Source of the DNA: Candidatus Nanopelagicales bacterium
Lineage (GTDB): Bacteria > Actinomycetota > Actinomycetes > S36-B12
Direction: 5' to 3'
Assembly: GCA_030726915.1 (NCBI GenBank)
Contig: JANRCR010000044.1
Coordinates: 354 to 64,353 of the forward strand
DNA: 64,000 nt
This document shows, one piece after another, positions 55,607 to 64,000 of the stretch (the stretch's first letter is position 1; each line of letters opens with the position of its first letter). A program made the translations under genes and the position numbers. The notes beneath the pieces were generated by a model. It ran no database searches. It saw only the letters and a program-made list of their open reading frames with translations, and was not told where the DNA came from.

Positions 55607-57517
55607 TCAGGCCTCCACGGGAGTGACGACGATGACGTCGCTCTGGTCGCCACCTGCGAGCCGGTCGGCCCCGGAGTACATGTCGTCAATGAGTGGGGCG
55701 AACGCGGTCGTTAGCGCCGATCGCTTGATCTTTTGAGTCGCGGTGAGTTCACCGTCCTCATGGTCAAGGGCTTTGGTGAGCATGCGGAACTTGCGGATGT
55801 TCTCCACGCGGGCGGTGGCCTCATTGACCTTCGCGATGATGCCCTGGACCAGTTTGAGGACCTCTTCCCTCTCGGACAGGTCGCGATAGGTCGTGTAGGG
55901 GATCCGCTTGGCGCGAGCCCACTGCCCGACGGTGTCCTCTTCGATACCAACGAGGGCGGTGAGATAGGCGCGCTGATCACCGATGACGAGCGCCTCTCGG
56001 ATGAAGGGTGATGCCTTAAGTGCGTTTTCGATCTCCGACGGGGAGATGTTTTTGCCCCCGGCCGTGATGATGATGTCCTTAATCCGGTCCACGATCTTCA
56101 GATGCGTATCGCCGACCCACTCTCCGACATCACCGGTGTGCAGCCATCCGTCGGCATCGATGGCCTCGGCAGTGGCCTCGGGTTTGCCCCAGTAGCCCGC
56201 GAAGGTGCCGGGATGGCGCGTGAGGATCTCTCCGGTCCCCTCGGCCAACACCACTTCCACCCCCGGATGCGCCTCTCCTACGGTGCCGAGCTTGATGCGG
56301 CCTGCGCGGTTGCTCGTGGCGACAGCGCTGTTTTCGGTCATGCCGTAGAGCTCGTTGATGACGACACCCATGGTGAAGAAGAAGTAGAGGACCTCGGGAG
56401 AGATCGGAGCTGCGGCCGAGGCGGCCGCCCGGACTCGTCTCAGGCCAAGTCGCTCCCGCATGGATCGGTAGAGGAAGACATAGCCGACGGAGTAGCGAAT
56501 GCGACTCCAGAGGGTGTGGCGACCACCGTGGGCGAGCATGGAGTCGGCGATGCCCTGGCCGACCTTCATCCACACCACGTAGTTGAGCTTCTTGATGCGG
56601 GAGGCTCCGGCCATCCGGACCTCAACGGCGGCCTTGAGTTTCTCCCAGATGCGTGGGACCGCGAAGAACAGGGTGGGTTGGACCTCGCGGATGTTCAACG
56701 TCACGGTGTCGATGGATTCCGCGAAGTGGACGACGGCTCCGGAGACCGCGTTGGTCCAGGTGGTGACAGCGCGCTCTGCCACGTGGCAGAGCGGGAGGTA
56801 GGACAAGATGACATCACCGGGATTCGGCGGTGGGTCGTAGAGACCACCGCCATCCACGATGACACCGCTGGCGAACTCCACGTTGGCGTTGGAGAGCATG
56901 GCCCCCTTGGGGGGACCCGTGGTGCCCGAGGTGTAGACCAGCGTGACGATGTCGGTCGGCTTGGCCTCGTGGGCCAGATGCTCCAGGGCCCGAGGATCCG
57001 TCTCGCGATGGGCTCGACCTCGATCGAGGAAGTCCTCCCAGCCCATCAGTTTGGGGTTGTCGATCGTGGCGACGCCCCGTGGATCGAGGTAGATGATGTG
57101 CTCAAGCGTGGGGCACTGGGATTCCACGAGCAGTGCCTTGTCGATCTGCTCCTGGTCCTCAGCGATGAGGATGCGGGCCCCTGAATCGGCGAGGAGGTAG
57201 GCAACTTCGGTTGCCGGGTTGGTGGGGTAGAGACCGACCGTGATGCCACGTACGGCGTTGGTGCCGAGGTCGGCGAAGAGCCACTCGGGCCGATTCTCCG
57301 AATGGATCGCCACCCGGTCACCGGCCTCGATACCCAGGGACAGCAGGGCGTGACCCACCAGATCCACGTGATCGGCATAGTCGGCCCAGGTGATGCCGCG
57401 CCAAATGCCGAGGCGCTTGGCGCGCATGGCCACCCCGTCCGGGGAGGCCATGGCGCGTCGCCGGACAGTCCCCACCAGGGTCCACGTGTCCGTGAGGGAT
57501 TCGATAACCGCGGTCAT
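55607..57517 (-). CDS. AMP-dependent acyl-CoA synthetase/ligase (long-chain-fatty-acid-CoA-ligase-like)
   Basis: 636 aa with AMP-binding motif YTSGTTGPPKG, GYWG..., TGDVGE and a C-terminal ELTATQKIKR. Embedded between the ATPase and permease genes. Confidence 0.88.
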   Translation of the reverse strand: MTAVIESLTDTWTLVGTVRRRAMASPDGVAMRAKRLGIWRGITWADYADHVDLVGHALLSLGIEAGDRVAIHSENRPEWLFADLGTNAVRGITVGLYPTNPATEVAYLLADSGARILIAEDQEQIDKALLVESQCPTLEHIIYLDPRGVATIDNPKLMGWEDFLDRGRAHRETDPRALEHLAHEAKPTDIVTLVYTSGTTGPPKGAMLSNANVEFASGVIVDGGGLYDPPPNPGDVILSYLPLCHVAERAVTTWTNAVSGAVVHFAESIDTVTLNIREVQPTLFFAVPRIWEKLKAAVEVRMAGASRIKKLNYVVWMKVGQGIADSMLAHGGRHTLWSRIRYSVGYVFLYRSMRERLGLRRVRAAASAAAPISPEVLYFFFTMGVVINELYGMTENSAVATSNRAGRIKLGTVGEAHPGVEVVLAEGTGEILTRHPGTFAGYWGKPEATAEAIDADGWLHTGDVGEWVGDTHLKIVDRIKDIIITAGGKNISPSEIENALKASPFIREALVIGDQRAYLTALVGIEEDTVGQWARAKRIPYTTYRDLSEREEVLKLVQGIIAKVNEATARVENIRKFRMLTKALDHEDGELTATQKIKRSALTTAFAPLIDDMYSGADRLAGGDQSDVIVVTPVEA

Positions 57518-58320
57518 GTCGTCTCCTTCGCTGCGCCGGTGAGATCTTCGCCGAGGTAGGCGCGAATGACCTTGGAATCCGATTGCACCTCTGCCGGTGT
57601 GCCGAGAGCGATGCGCTCACCGAAGTCCAGCACCAGCACCCGGTCGGCGAGATCCATGACAAAGCCCATGTCGTGCTCGACCAGGACCATCGTCACACCC
57701 AATTCCGCGCGTACGTCGAGGATGAAGCGAGCCATGTCCTCGGTCTCCTCGGCGTTCATGCCGGCGACCGGCTCGTCAAGGAGGAGCAGGGTCGGATCCA
57801 TGGCGAGGGCCCGTCCGAGTTCGACCCGCTTCTTGACGCCGTAGGGAAGCATGCCGACGGGGTAGATTCGGTAACGCTCGATGTCAAGGAACTCGATGAG
57901 ACGCTCGACAACCGCACGATTAGCGACCTCCTGCCGACGTGCCGCGCGGCCGAAGAGGAACGCCGATGCCAGCGAGTAGTTCATGTGCAGACCTCGACCG
58001 AGCATCAGGTTGTCCAGCACCGTCAGGTTGTCGAACAACTCAATGTTTTGGAACATGCGCGCCACACCGAGTCGAGCGATGTCCTCGGGTGGCTTGCCGA
58101 GGAGTTCCTCCCCCCGGAAGAGGATGCTGCCCTGCTGCGGGTGGTAGACACCCGAAATGCAATTGAAGATCGATGTTTTGCCCGCTCCGTTGGGGCCAAT
58201 GATGGCAAAGAGTTCACCCGTCCGGACGTCGAAACTCACATCGCGAACCGCTTGGGTGCCTCCGAAGGAGAGGGACATCCCCTCAACAGCGAGGATCTGC
58301 TCCGCGCTCAACTTAACCAC
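57514..58320 (-). CDS. ABC transporter ATP-binding protein (LivG-like)
   Basis: 268 aa with Walker A GPNGAGKTS, signature LPYGVKKRVEL and Walker B LLLLDEPVAGM. ATGA overlap with the ligase gene. Confidence 0.9.
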   Translation of the reverse strand: MVKLSAEQILAVEGMSLSFGGTQAVRDVSFDVRTGELFAIIGPNGAGKTSIFNCISGVYHPQQGSILFRGEELLGKPPEDIARLGVARMFQNIELFDNLTVLDNLMLGRGLHMNYSLASAFLFGRAARRQEVANRAVVERLIEFLDIERYRIYPVGMLPYGVKKRVELGRALAMDPTLLLLDEPVAGMNAEETEDMARFILDVRAELGVTMVLVEHDMGFVMDLADRVLVLDFGERIALGTPAEVQSDSKVIRAYLGEDLTGAAKETT

Positions 58321-59093
58321 CGCTTCCGGCGCCGGTATTGCTTGACATCACGCAGGGATCCCCGGTCATCTCCTCGCAGTCCGAGGTAGAACTCCCTGAT
58401 GTCATCGTCTTCCCTGAGCTCCGCGGCGGGCTTGTCCATGACGACCCGACCTGTCTCAAGGACGTAGCCGTGGGTCGCGATGGAGAGTGCCATGGTGGCG
58501 TTTTGCTCGACAAGCAGGACCGTCATCCCCGACTCGTTGATCTGGACGATCAGGTCGCGAAGTTGTTGCACGATCTTCGGTGCGACACCGAGCGAGGGCT
58601 CATCCAGCAGGAGATACCGGGGCTGGGACATGAGCGCTCGGCCAATCGCGAGCATTTGCTGCTCACCCCCGGAGAGGTAGCCAGCGGTCTGCTTGCGACG
58701 CTCGGCAAGCACGGGAAACATCGAATAGGTGCGCTCGAGTCCCTCGGTGATGGCGCTGCGGGAGGCCGTGTGGCCCCCGGCCTTGAGATTGTCCTCGACC
58801 GTGAACTCCCGGAAGATACGTCGACCCTCCATGACCTGGCTGATCCCGGCCGATACGACCTTGGGTGCGGTCAGTCCCTGGAGGTCCTCCCCGTCAAGGG
58901 TGACTCGCCCCTTGGTGATGCGGCCCCGATGGACGTCCAGCAGGCCCGTCAAAGCACGCAGGACGGTGGTCTTGCCGGCACCATTGGGCCCCAGGAGGGC
59001 CACGATGGACCCTTCAGGGACCTGAAGGCTCACTCCCTTGAGGACCAGGATGACGTCCTCGTAGACGACCTCGAGATTTTCTACGGCCAGCAC
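58308..59093 (-). CDS. ABC transporter ATP-binding protein (LivF-like)
   Basis: Walker A GPNGAGKTT, signature LSGGEQQML and Walker B LLLDEPSLG. Start taken at GTG 59093, 9 nt after AGGAGGGAG; ATG 59144 and 59207 are alternatives. Confidence 0.85.
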   Translation of the reverse strand: MLAVENLEVVYEDVILVLKGVSLQVPEGSIVALLGPNGAGKTTVLRALTGLLDVHRGRITKGRVTLDGEDLQGLTAPKVVSAGISQVMEGRRIFREFTVEDNLKAGGHTASRSAITEGLERTYSMFPVLAERRKQTAGYLSGGEQQMLAIGRALMSQPRYLLLDEPSLGVAPKIVQQLRDLIVQINESGMTVLLVEQNATMALSIATHGYVLETGRVVMDKPAAELREDDDIREFYLGLRGDDRGSLRDVKQYRRRKRWLS

Positions 59094-59280
59094 CGGGTGA
59101 CGCTCCCTCCTCGGCGGTGGAGGACCGCCCTGATGGCTAGTCATCCTGCCAAGGATCCGGGGTCCGTGCGGCGAAGTTTCCTGGCGAAGGCCCGGATTCT
59201 TTGACACAGTGGACTCGTCGGGGTCGTCAAGGCTCCCAGTCCAACGAGAATGCCCCGGTTCGCCGGGTTAAGGAGGAGAC

Positions 59281-60630
59281 GTGGAGTCACGGCACATGGC
59301 GAAGGTCCTCGCGGGCGTCGGGGCGGCTGCCCTGGTCCTCGCGGGCTGCAGCGGCGGAGGCGGCGACACGGCCCCCACTCAGGAGGCGAGTTCGGAGGGC
59401 ACATCTCCGCGTGATGGCATCGTCTTCGACGTTGGTGTCACGGATGAGCCCTGTCCTGAGGCGATCAACCCCGACAACGGGTGCATCTACCTCGGCGTCC
59501 TGTCTGACCTCACCGAGGGCCCCTTTGCTCCCCTGGGGACCCAGGTCGTCACCGGACAGCAGGACTTTTGGAAGTACGTCAACGAGCAGGGTGGCATCTC
59601 CGGCTTCGACGTCAACATGTCGTCCAACACCCGAGACAATAAGTACGACCCCGCAGTGCACAGCCAGGAGTACCGCTCCATTGAGCCCAATATCTTGGCT
59701 CTGGCTCAGACACTCGGCACCCCGCAGACGCAGGCGATTTTGTCCGACATGGAAGCCGACAACGTGATCGGTGTCCCGGCTTCGTGGTGGTCCGGCTGGC
59801 AGTTCCCCGACACCGACGGTGGCGTCATCCTGGAGTCCGGCTCGTCCTACTGCATCGCTGCCATGAGCGGCCTTGACTGGTGGGTGGAAAACAAGACGCC
59901 CATCACCAAACTCGTCGCCGTCGGCTATCCCGGTGACTACGGCGGCGATTACGCCGCTGGGGCTGAGAAGTGGGCCGCTGCCAATGGAGTCGATTTCGCG
60001 GGCTTCGTCGAGACGGCTCCCAACGCTGTCGCTGGCAACCAGGATGCTGCGGTAGCCGCCATCATCGAGTCGGGCGCGGACGTTGTCGCTATCGGGATCG
60101 GCCCGGCCGAGGTCGCTGAGGTCATCGGCAAGGCCGTCGCCTCGGGCTATGAGGGTCAGTTCCTCGGAGCAGCACCCACATGGAACCCGCTTCTTCTCCA
60201 GACCGCAGCAGCGCCCGCGCTGCTCGCGACCTACACCAACGTCGGCACCACCGGTGCATTTGGCACTCCGTCGGCGGCGATGGACGCGATGCAGGCCCAG
60301 TTGGGTGATGGCGTCCTGCCATCCAACGACGGCTTCACCTACGGCTGGGTGTGGCAGTACCCCCTCAAGGCAGCTCTCGAGAAGGCCGCTGCAAGCGGTG
60401 ACCTGACCCGCGAGGGGCTGGTTGCGGCTGTACAGGGTGGCGTCGAGGTCGACTACGAGGGTGCACTACCCAACTCCCTCGTCGGCGGCCCGCCCGCAGA
60501 CGTGGACCGTTCGGTTTCGATCAACATCCCGTCCGAGGATGCCGATCTCGGCATCGAGACGCTCCTCATGGGCTACGTTGGCCCGACAGCAGCGGCGTTC
60601 GACTACACCGAGCCCTGCTCCGGGGCCTGA
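59281..60630 (+). CDS. ABC transporter substrate-binding lipoprotein (LivK/Leu-Ile-Val-binding family)
   Basis: GTG 59281 lies 4 nt after AGGAGG; ATG 59296 is an alternative. Has lipobox LVLAGC and a periplasmic-binding-protein type I-like body. Divergent from the livF-like operon. Confidence 0.85.
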   Translation: MESRHMAKVLAGVGAAALVLAGCSGGGGDTAPTQEASSEGTSPRDGIVFDVGVTDEPCPEAINPDNGCIYLGVLSDLTEGPFAPLGTQVVTGQQDFWKYVNEQGGISGFDVNMSSNTRDNKYDPAVHSQEYRSIEPNILALAQTLGTPQTQAILSDMEADNVIGVPASWWSGWQFPDTDGGVILESGSSYCIAAMSGLDWWVENKTPITKLVAVGYPGDYGGDYAAGAEKWAAANGVDFAGFVETAPNAVAGNQDAAVAAIIESGADVVAIGIGPAEVAEVIGKAVASGYEGQFLGAAPTWNPLLLQTAAAPALLATYTNVGTTGAFGTPSAAMDAMQAQLGDGVLPSNDGFTYGWVWQYPLKAALEKAAASGDLTREGLVAAVQGGVEVDYEGALPNSLVGGPPADVDRSVSINIPSEDADLGIETLLMGYVGPTAAAFDYTEPCSGA

Positions 60631-60667
60631 TGCATCGGTTGATACATATTTAGTTGGTACACATCTA

Positions 60668-60710
60668 CATGACGATGGGGACGGGCCAGTGGCTCGTCCC
60701 CATCGTCATG
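60668..60710. terminator. strong hairpin between convergent SBP (+) and antiporter (-) genes; probable bidirectional terminator
   Basis: catgacgatggggacg / cgtccccatcgtcatg form a perfect 16-bp stem around an 11-nt loop that can pair further (gcc/ggc). Preceded by an unusually AT-rich stretch (60640-60667). Confidence 0.7.
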
Positions 60711-60725
60711 GGTGGGCTCGGGTGA

Positions 60726-61976
60726 TCAGTCCGGCTGCTTAGCCGTGACTGACGTTGCATCTTGATCCTCGCGAAGCCCCAGTGCCTTGGCCACCGGGAC
60801 GGCTGTCAAGCCATAGACGAAGACGGTCACGCTAATGATGATGAAGGCTGCTGGGAGTAGGTCGGCAGCACCATCGACCTTGGCCGCGACGAGAGACGCA
60901 CCCACGCTCGCGGCCGTCGCTGCGGCGACGATGCCACGTGGATCCATCCAGCCGACGAACATCCGCTCATTGCGGGTCAGACCCAGATTGCGCGTGCACG
61001 TCGCCGCGACGACGGGCCTGACCACGAGGATGAGGATGAGCGCCATGGCGATGGCGGGCAGTGCGATGGATGCCACCAACGGAGACGGCACAAGTGCCGC
61101 GATGCTGATGAAGAGCACGCCGATGCCGATGGACGCGACGGTATTGAAGAAGGGGAGCACCGGATCGAGTGAGACATTCATTCGCTTGGCCAGTCGCATG
61201 GAACCCGCTCCGATGAGAAGCGCCGTGAGCAGGCCGCTGTCCTCGGAGAGGAAGTTAGCGAAGCCTGCTGTGAAGAGCACGGTGCCGACCAGGACCTGGG
61301 TGCCCAGGACCCTGTTGCCGCGGGTGATGCGCGTGCCAAGGACAGCCAGGACGACCCCGACGGCGGCAAGGATGAAGGCCACCACGAAGCTCCACAGCAG
61401 GGCAAGGATGGCCTCGAGTGTGCCGTCTGTGCTGGCGACTCGGACCACCTGGAAGGTGACCACGGCGAGAATGCCCCCCAGGGGATCCAGCATGGTGCCC
61501 TCCCACACGAGGATGCCCCGCACCCGTGCCTTGGGTTTCGCAAAATTGAGGATCGGTGTCACCACCGTGGGTCCGGACACAATGAGGATGGCACCGAGCA
61601 GGAATGCCAATGGCCACGACAAGCCGAGCAGGAAGTGCGCGGCGAGTGATCCCGCCATCCAGGTCATGGGTGCACCGATCCAGATGAGCCGGCGTACGAC
61701 GGACCTGTCTGCTCCCTGCAGACTGATGTCGCCTAATTGAAGACCACCCTGGAAGAGGATGAGCGCCACCATGAGGTCGACAGCGACCGAGAAGGCCGGT
61801 CCGAGGATTTGGTCCATTTGGAATTGCGGGGCAACGAGGCCGAAGATAAAGCCGACCGGAAGCAACAGGATCAAAGCGGGGACGCGGAGCAGGGGTGCGA
61901 CGACCTGGCAGAGCGTCGCCAGCCCAAACACCAACGCTGCCGCGAGCATGATGTCCTGCGGTGACAGTGTGGTCAT
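60726..61976 (-). CDS. cation:proton antiporter (CPA1/Na+-H+ exchanger family)
   Basis: 416 aa with about 11-12 TM helices and a Na_H_Exchanger-like sequence (…GPTVVTPIL…, …SEDSGLLTALL…). Confidence 0.85.
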   Translation of the reverse strand: MTTLSPQDIMLAAALVFGLATLCQVVAPLLRVPALILLLPVGFIFGLVAPQFQMDQILGPAFSVAVDLMVALILFQGGLQLGDISLQGADRSVVRRLIWIGAPMTWMAGSLAAHFLLGLSWPLAFLLGAILIVSGPTVVTPILNFAKPKARVRGILVWEGTMLDPLGGILAVVTFQVVRVASTDGTLEAILALLWSFVVAFILAAVGVVLAVLGTRITRGNRVLGTQVLVGTVLFTAGFANFLSEDSGLLTALLIGAGSMRLAKRMNVSLDPVLPFFNTVASIGIGVLFISIAALVPSPLVASIALPAIAMALILILVVRPVVAATCTRNLGLTRNERMFVGWMDPRGIVAAATAASVGASLVAAKVDGAADLLPAAFIIISVTVFVYGLTAVPVAKALGLREDQDATSVTAKQPD

Positions 61977-62193
61977 CTGTCCACCCCGCTGACTGCCGAG
62001 GGAGTCAGGGTCCGCCCCGCGCGCGGGCCCGTGCTGCGGCTAGGCATGCGCCGAGGATGCGCGGCACGGGGGGCGGCGAGGGCCAGACCGCCCACGAAAA
62101 GCCGCGTACCGAGGAGCAGACGTCAGCCCCGGGTCCTAGGATGAATAAGCCTGGACATCCGGTCGGGGTAGAGGAGAACCCAGGGGACCCGTC

Positions 62194-62751
62194 ATGAAGA
62201 AGCTCGTTGGAATGGTCGCAAGTCTCGGTCTCGCAGGTGTCTTCCTCATGCCGGCTGGCGCGGCAGTGGCCGCTGACCCCAAGGTCATCGGCACGACAGG
62301 GATCCGTGTCAACACCGACGTGACCAAGGCGCTTCTGGGCGCCAATGTCTTCGTCGGTGCCGAGGACCCCGCGGGCAGCACGATCCTGCCGCCCGGCAAG
62401 TTGGCGTTAGGCTTCCCCGTCTCGGGTGTGAAGGACGGCAAGGCCTCTCACCTCGGGGCACTTTTCTTCTCCCACACCGGAGCCATGGGCTGGCGGACCG
62501 TCGTGGTGAGCAATCTGATTGCCGACCTCACGAAGGGCACGCTCAAGGGGCGGGTCTATGCGACCGACACTGATCTCGGGAATGCGACCATCTTCACGCT
62601 GACCAAGGTCAAGAGTGGATCCCCTACGACGACGTACACCGTCAAGCTCGCACCCGGTGTCGCCAAACTGCTCAACGGCGCACTCGGTGCGCACGTCTTC
62701 AGTGACGGGATGCGCATCGGTTCGGGAGCGACGACCCTCCTGCCCGAGTAG
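62194..62751 (+). CDS. hypothetical secreted protein
   Basis: 185-aa ORF with a Sec signal peptide (MKKLVGMVASLGLAGVFLMPAGAAVA/AD) and a beta-rich body. No family recognised. Confidence 0.55.
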   Translation: MKKLVGMVASLGLAGVFLMPAGAAVAADPKVIGTTGIRVNTDVTKALLGANVFVGAEDPAGSTILPPGKLALGFPVSGVKDGKASHLGALFFSHTGAMGWRTVVVSNLIADLTKGTLKGRVYATDTDLGNATIFTLTKVKSGSPTTTYTVKLAPGVAKLLNGALGAHVFSDGMRIGSGATTLLPE

Positions 62752-62784
62752 TCGACGTTGCGTGCCGGATCGACGTGCCGGCGT

Positions 62785-64000
62785 TCACGACCGGGAGTGG
62801 ATCTCATCAGCAGTGCGCAGCCCGCTGCGCAGGGCACCTTCCATCAACCCTGACCACTCACCTGCCGTGTGCTCGCCCGCAAAGTGCACGTCGCCGAGCG
62901 GTGCGTGGATGATCTCCTCGTCCCCGGGGTGGCTGCTTGCGCTGAGACCTGAGTAGGCGAAGGTCGCCCAGGGGTCGTCATCCCAGGTGCTCAGGAGCGC
63001 GCCCTCCGGTAGGAGATCCAACTCCGGGCGCAGGCGGGTCAGAGCATCAAGCCATGCACCGTCACCGCGTGTCACCTCAAGTCCGTCCAGTGCTGCGGCT
63101 GAGCCTGAGAAGCAGTGCACGATGGGTTGGACCCGGTCGCTGGCATCCGTCGCGGTCCAGCACCAGAAGCGCCGCGCCACGTCGAGGACGGCACTCGTAG
63201 GGGCGGGGGCGCCCAACGGCACGTGGAGTTTGGCCGCGTTGCCGCGCACCATCCGGGTCATGGCTACACGTTTGATGTCGGGGAGTCCCGGCTGCAGATC
63301 GAATGTCTCGAGGAGGGGGAGCGGGATGGCCATGACCACGGCGTCGGCATCGAGGTGCGCCCCAAGGACATGGACGCGCAGGCCGTGATCCGTGGTGTGC
63401 ACGGCTGACGCGGGGGCACGCAACCGCACACGGTCGCCGAGTCCGCAGGACAGGGCATGCGCGATGCCCTGATTACCGCCACTGGTGCGGGCCGTCACCA
63501 TCGGCTGGACCGAGGCCACGGCATCCAGCAGGACATGGCAGGAGAGTTGCTCCTCAGACGCGGCCCAACTGATCGCGGCACGAGCCGCGATGACCTCTGC
63601 GGCTGCGGAGCCACGCAAATGCTCACCCAGGAATGCGGGAAGCGTCATCTGCGGGTCCGCAGCCTCTGCTAGGGCGCGCAGGGATCGTGCGGCAGTCGCC
63701 ACCTCGTCGGATGTGATGGGCACGGAGGTGTTCCGCGGCTCACGTACGTTGTAGGACATTCCTGAGGGTGCGATCTGGAGGTCAAAGCGACGCGCCATCT
63801 CGTGCATGACGTCGTAGCCCGAAAGCACGAATTCGGCCCCACGCTCAACGATGGTGTCGGGCTGGCCAGGGATGAGTTCCTGCGACCAGACGCGCCCTCC
63901 CACGCGATCACGTGCCTCGAGCACCGTGACCTCATGGCCCAGGGACATCAAGCGATCAGCACAGGCGAGGCCCGCGAAGCCGGCCCCGATGACGATGACG
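62785..64000 (-). CDS. flavin-containing amine oxidase family protein (partial; start beyond window end)
   Basis: The reading frame stays open to position 64000. The upstream residues VIVIGAGFAGLACADRL form the FAD GxGxxG motif, and VLEARDRVGGR follows. The C-terminus has FAGEHT. Confidence 0.85.
   Translation of the reverse strand, partial: VIVIGAGFAGLACADRLMSLGHEVTVLEARDRVGGRVWSQELIPGQPDTIVERGAEFVLSGYDVMHEMARRFDLQIAPSGMSYNVREPRNTSVPITSDEVATAARSLRALAEAADPQMTLPAFLGEHLRGSAAAEVIAARAAISWAASEEQLSCHVLLDAVASVQPMVTARTSGGNQGIAHALSCGLGDRVRLRAPASAVHTTDHGLRVHVLGAHLDADAVVMAIPLPLLETFDLQPGLPDIKRVAMTRMVRGNAAKLHVPLGAPAPTSAVLDVARRFWCWTATDASDRVQPIVHCFSGSAAALDGLEVTRGDGAWLDALTRLRPELDLLPEGALLSTWDDDPWATFAYSGLSASSHPGDEEIIHAPLGDVHFAGEHTAGEWSGLMEGALRSGLRTADEIHSRS

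Noticed and set aside
61961-62197. The 78-aa ORF filling the antiporter / secreted-protein spacer, and a c-di-AMP (ydaO-type) riboswitch in the same spacer.
   Set aside because: The ORF product is Arg/Gly/Pro-rich with no start context. For the riboswitch I could not find the conserved core elements by eye. It needs a covariance-model scan before any claim.

Overview
Very GC-rich chromosomal segment from an actinobacterium (Actinomycetota). Gene order is largely colinear with the Mycobacterium tuberculosis Rv3644c-Rv3683 and recR/ask/asd neighbourhoods as I remember them, with a topA-tmk-holB arrangement. I call about 66 protein-coding genes, two of them partial at the window edges, and one tRNA-Pro(CGG). 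I saw no rRNA, CRISPR array, transposase, integrase or prophage. Most content is core housekeeping: dnaX tail, recR, ask, asd, a class A PBP, whiB4-like, a paired ArsA/Get3-like ATPase, RidA, Nudix, MBL, crp, nth, marP, nhaA, acs, a DEAH/DUF1998 helicase, H+-pyrophosphatase, topA, tmk and holB. The less ordinary parts are these. (1) One polypeptide joins a signal peptide, a CocE/NonD-type hydrolase, a TM helix and a complete ABC ATPase, and is translationally coupled to an ABC-2 permease (48584-51924). (2) A Tad/Flp-like 'helicase/secretion neighbourhood' locus of unknown function (25749-33888) is interrupted by an opposite-strand gene for a membrane-anchored secreted protein. (3) A Liv-type ABC importer operon has an acyl-CoA ligase embedded between its ATPase and permease genes (53566-60630). 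(4) Several proteins look like degenerate enzymes: an epoxide-hydrolase-like protein without the Asp nucleophile, a Fic-like core without the catalytic His, and a CpaE/Ssd-like protein without the P-loop Lys. (5) Small oddities include a truncated BBE-oxidase remnant, an orphan PemK-like gene, candidate operator palindromes and convergent genes with overlapping stop codons. All product calls rest on motifs read by eye in the supplied translations and on remembered family signatures and synteny. No database search, HMM, RNA-folding or GC computation was run. Start codons were trimmed by eye and several remain ambiguous.
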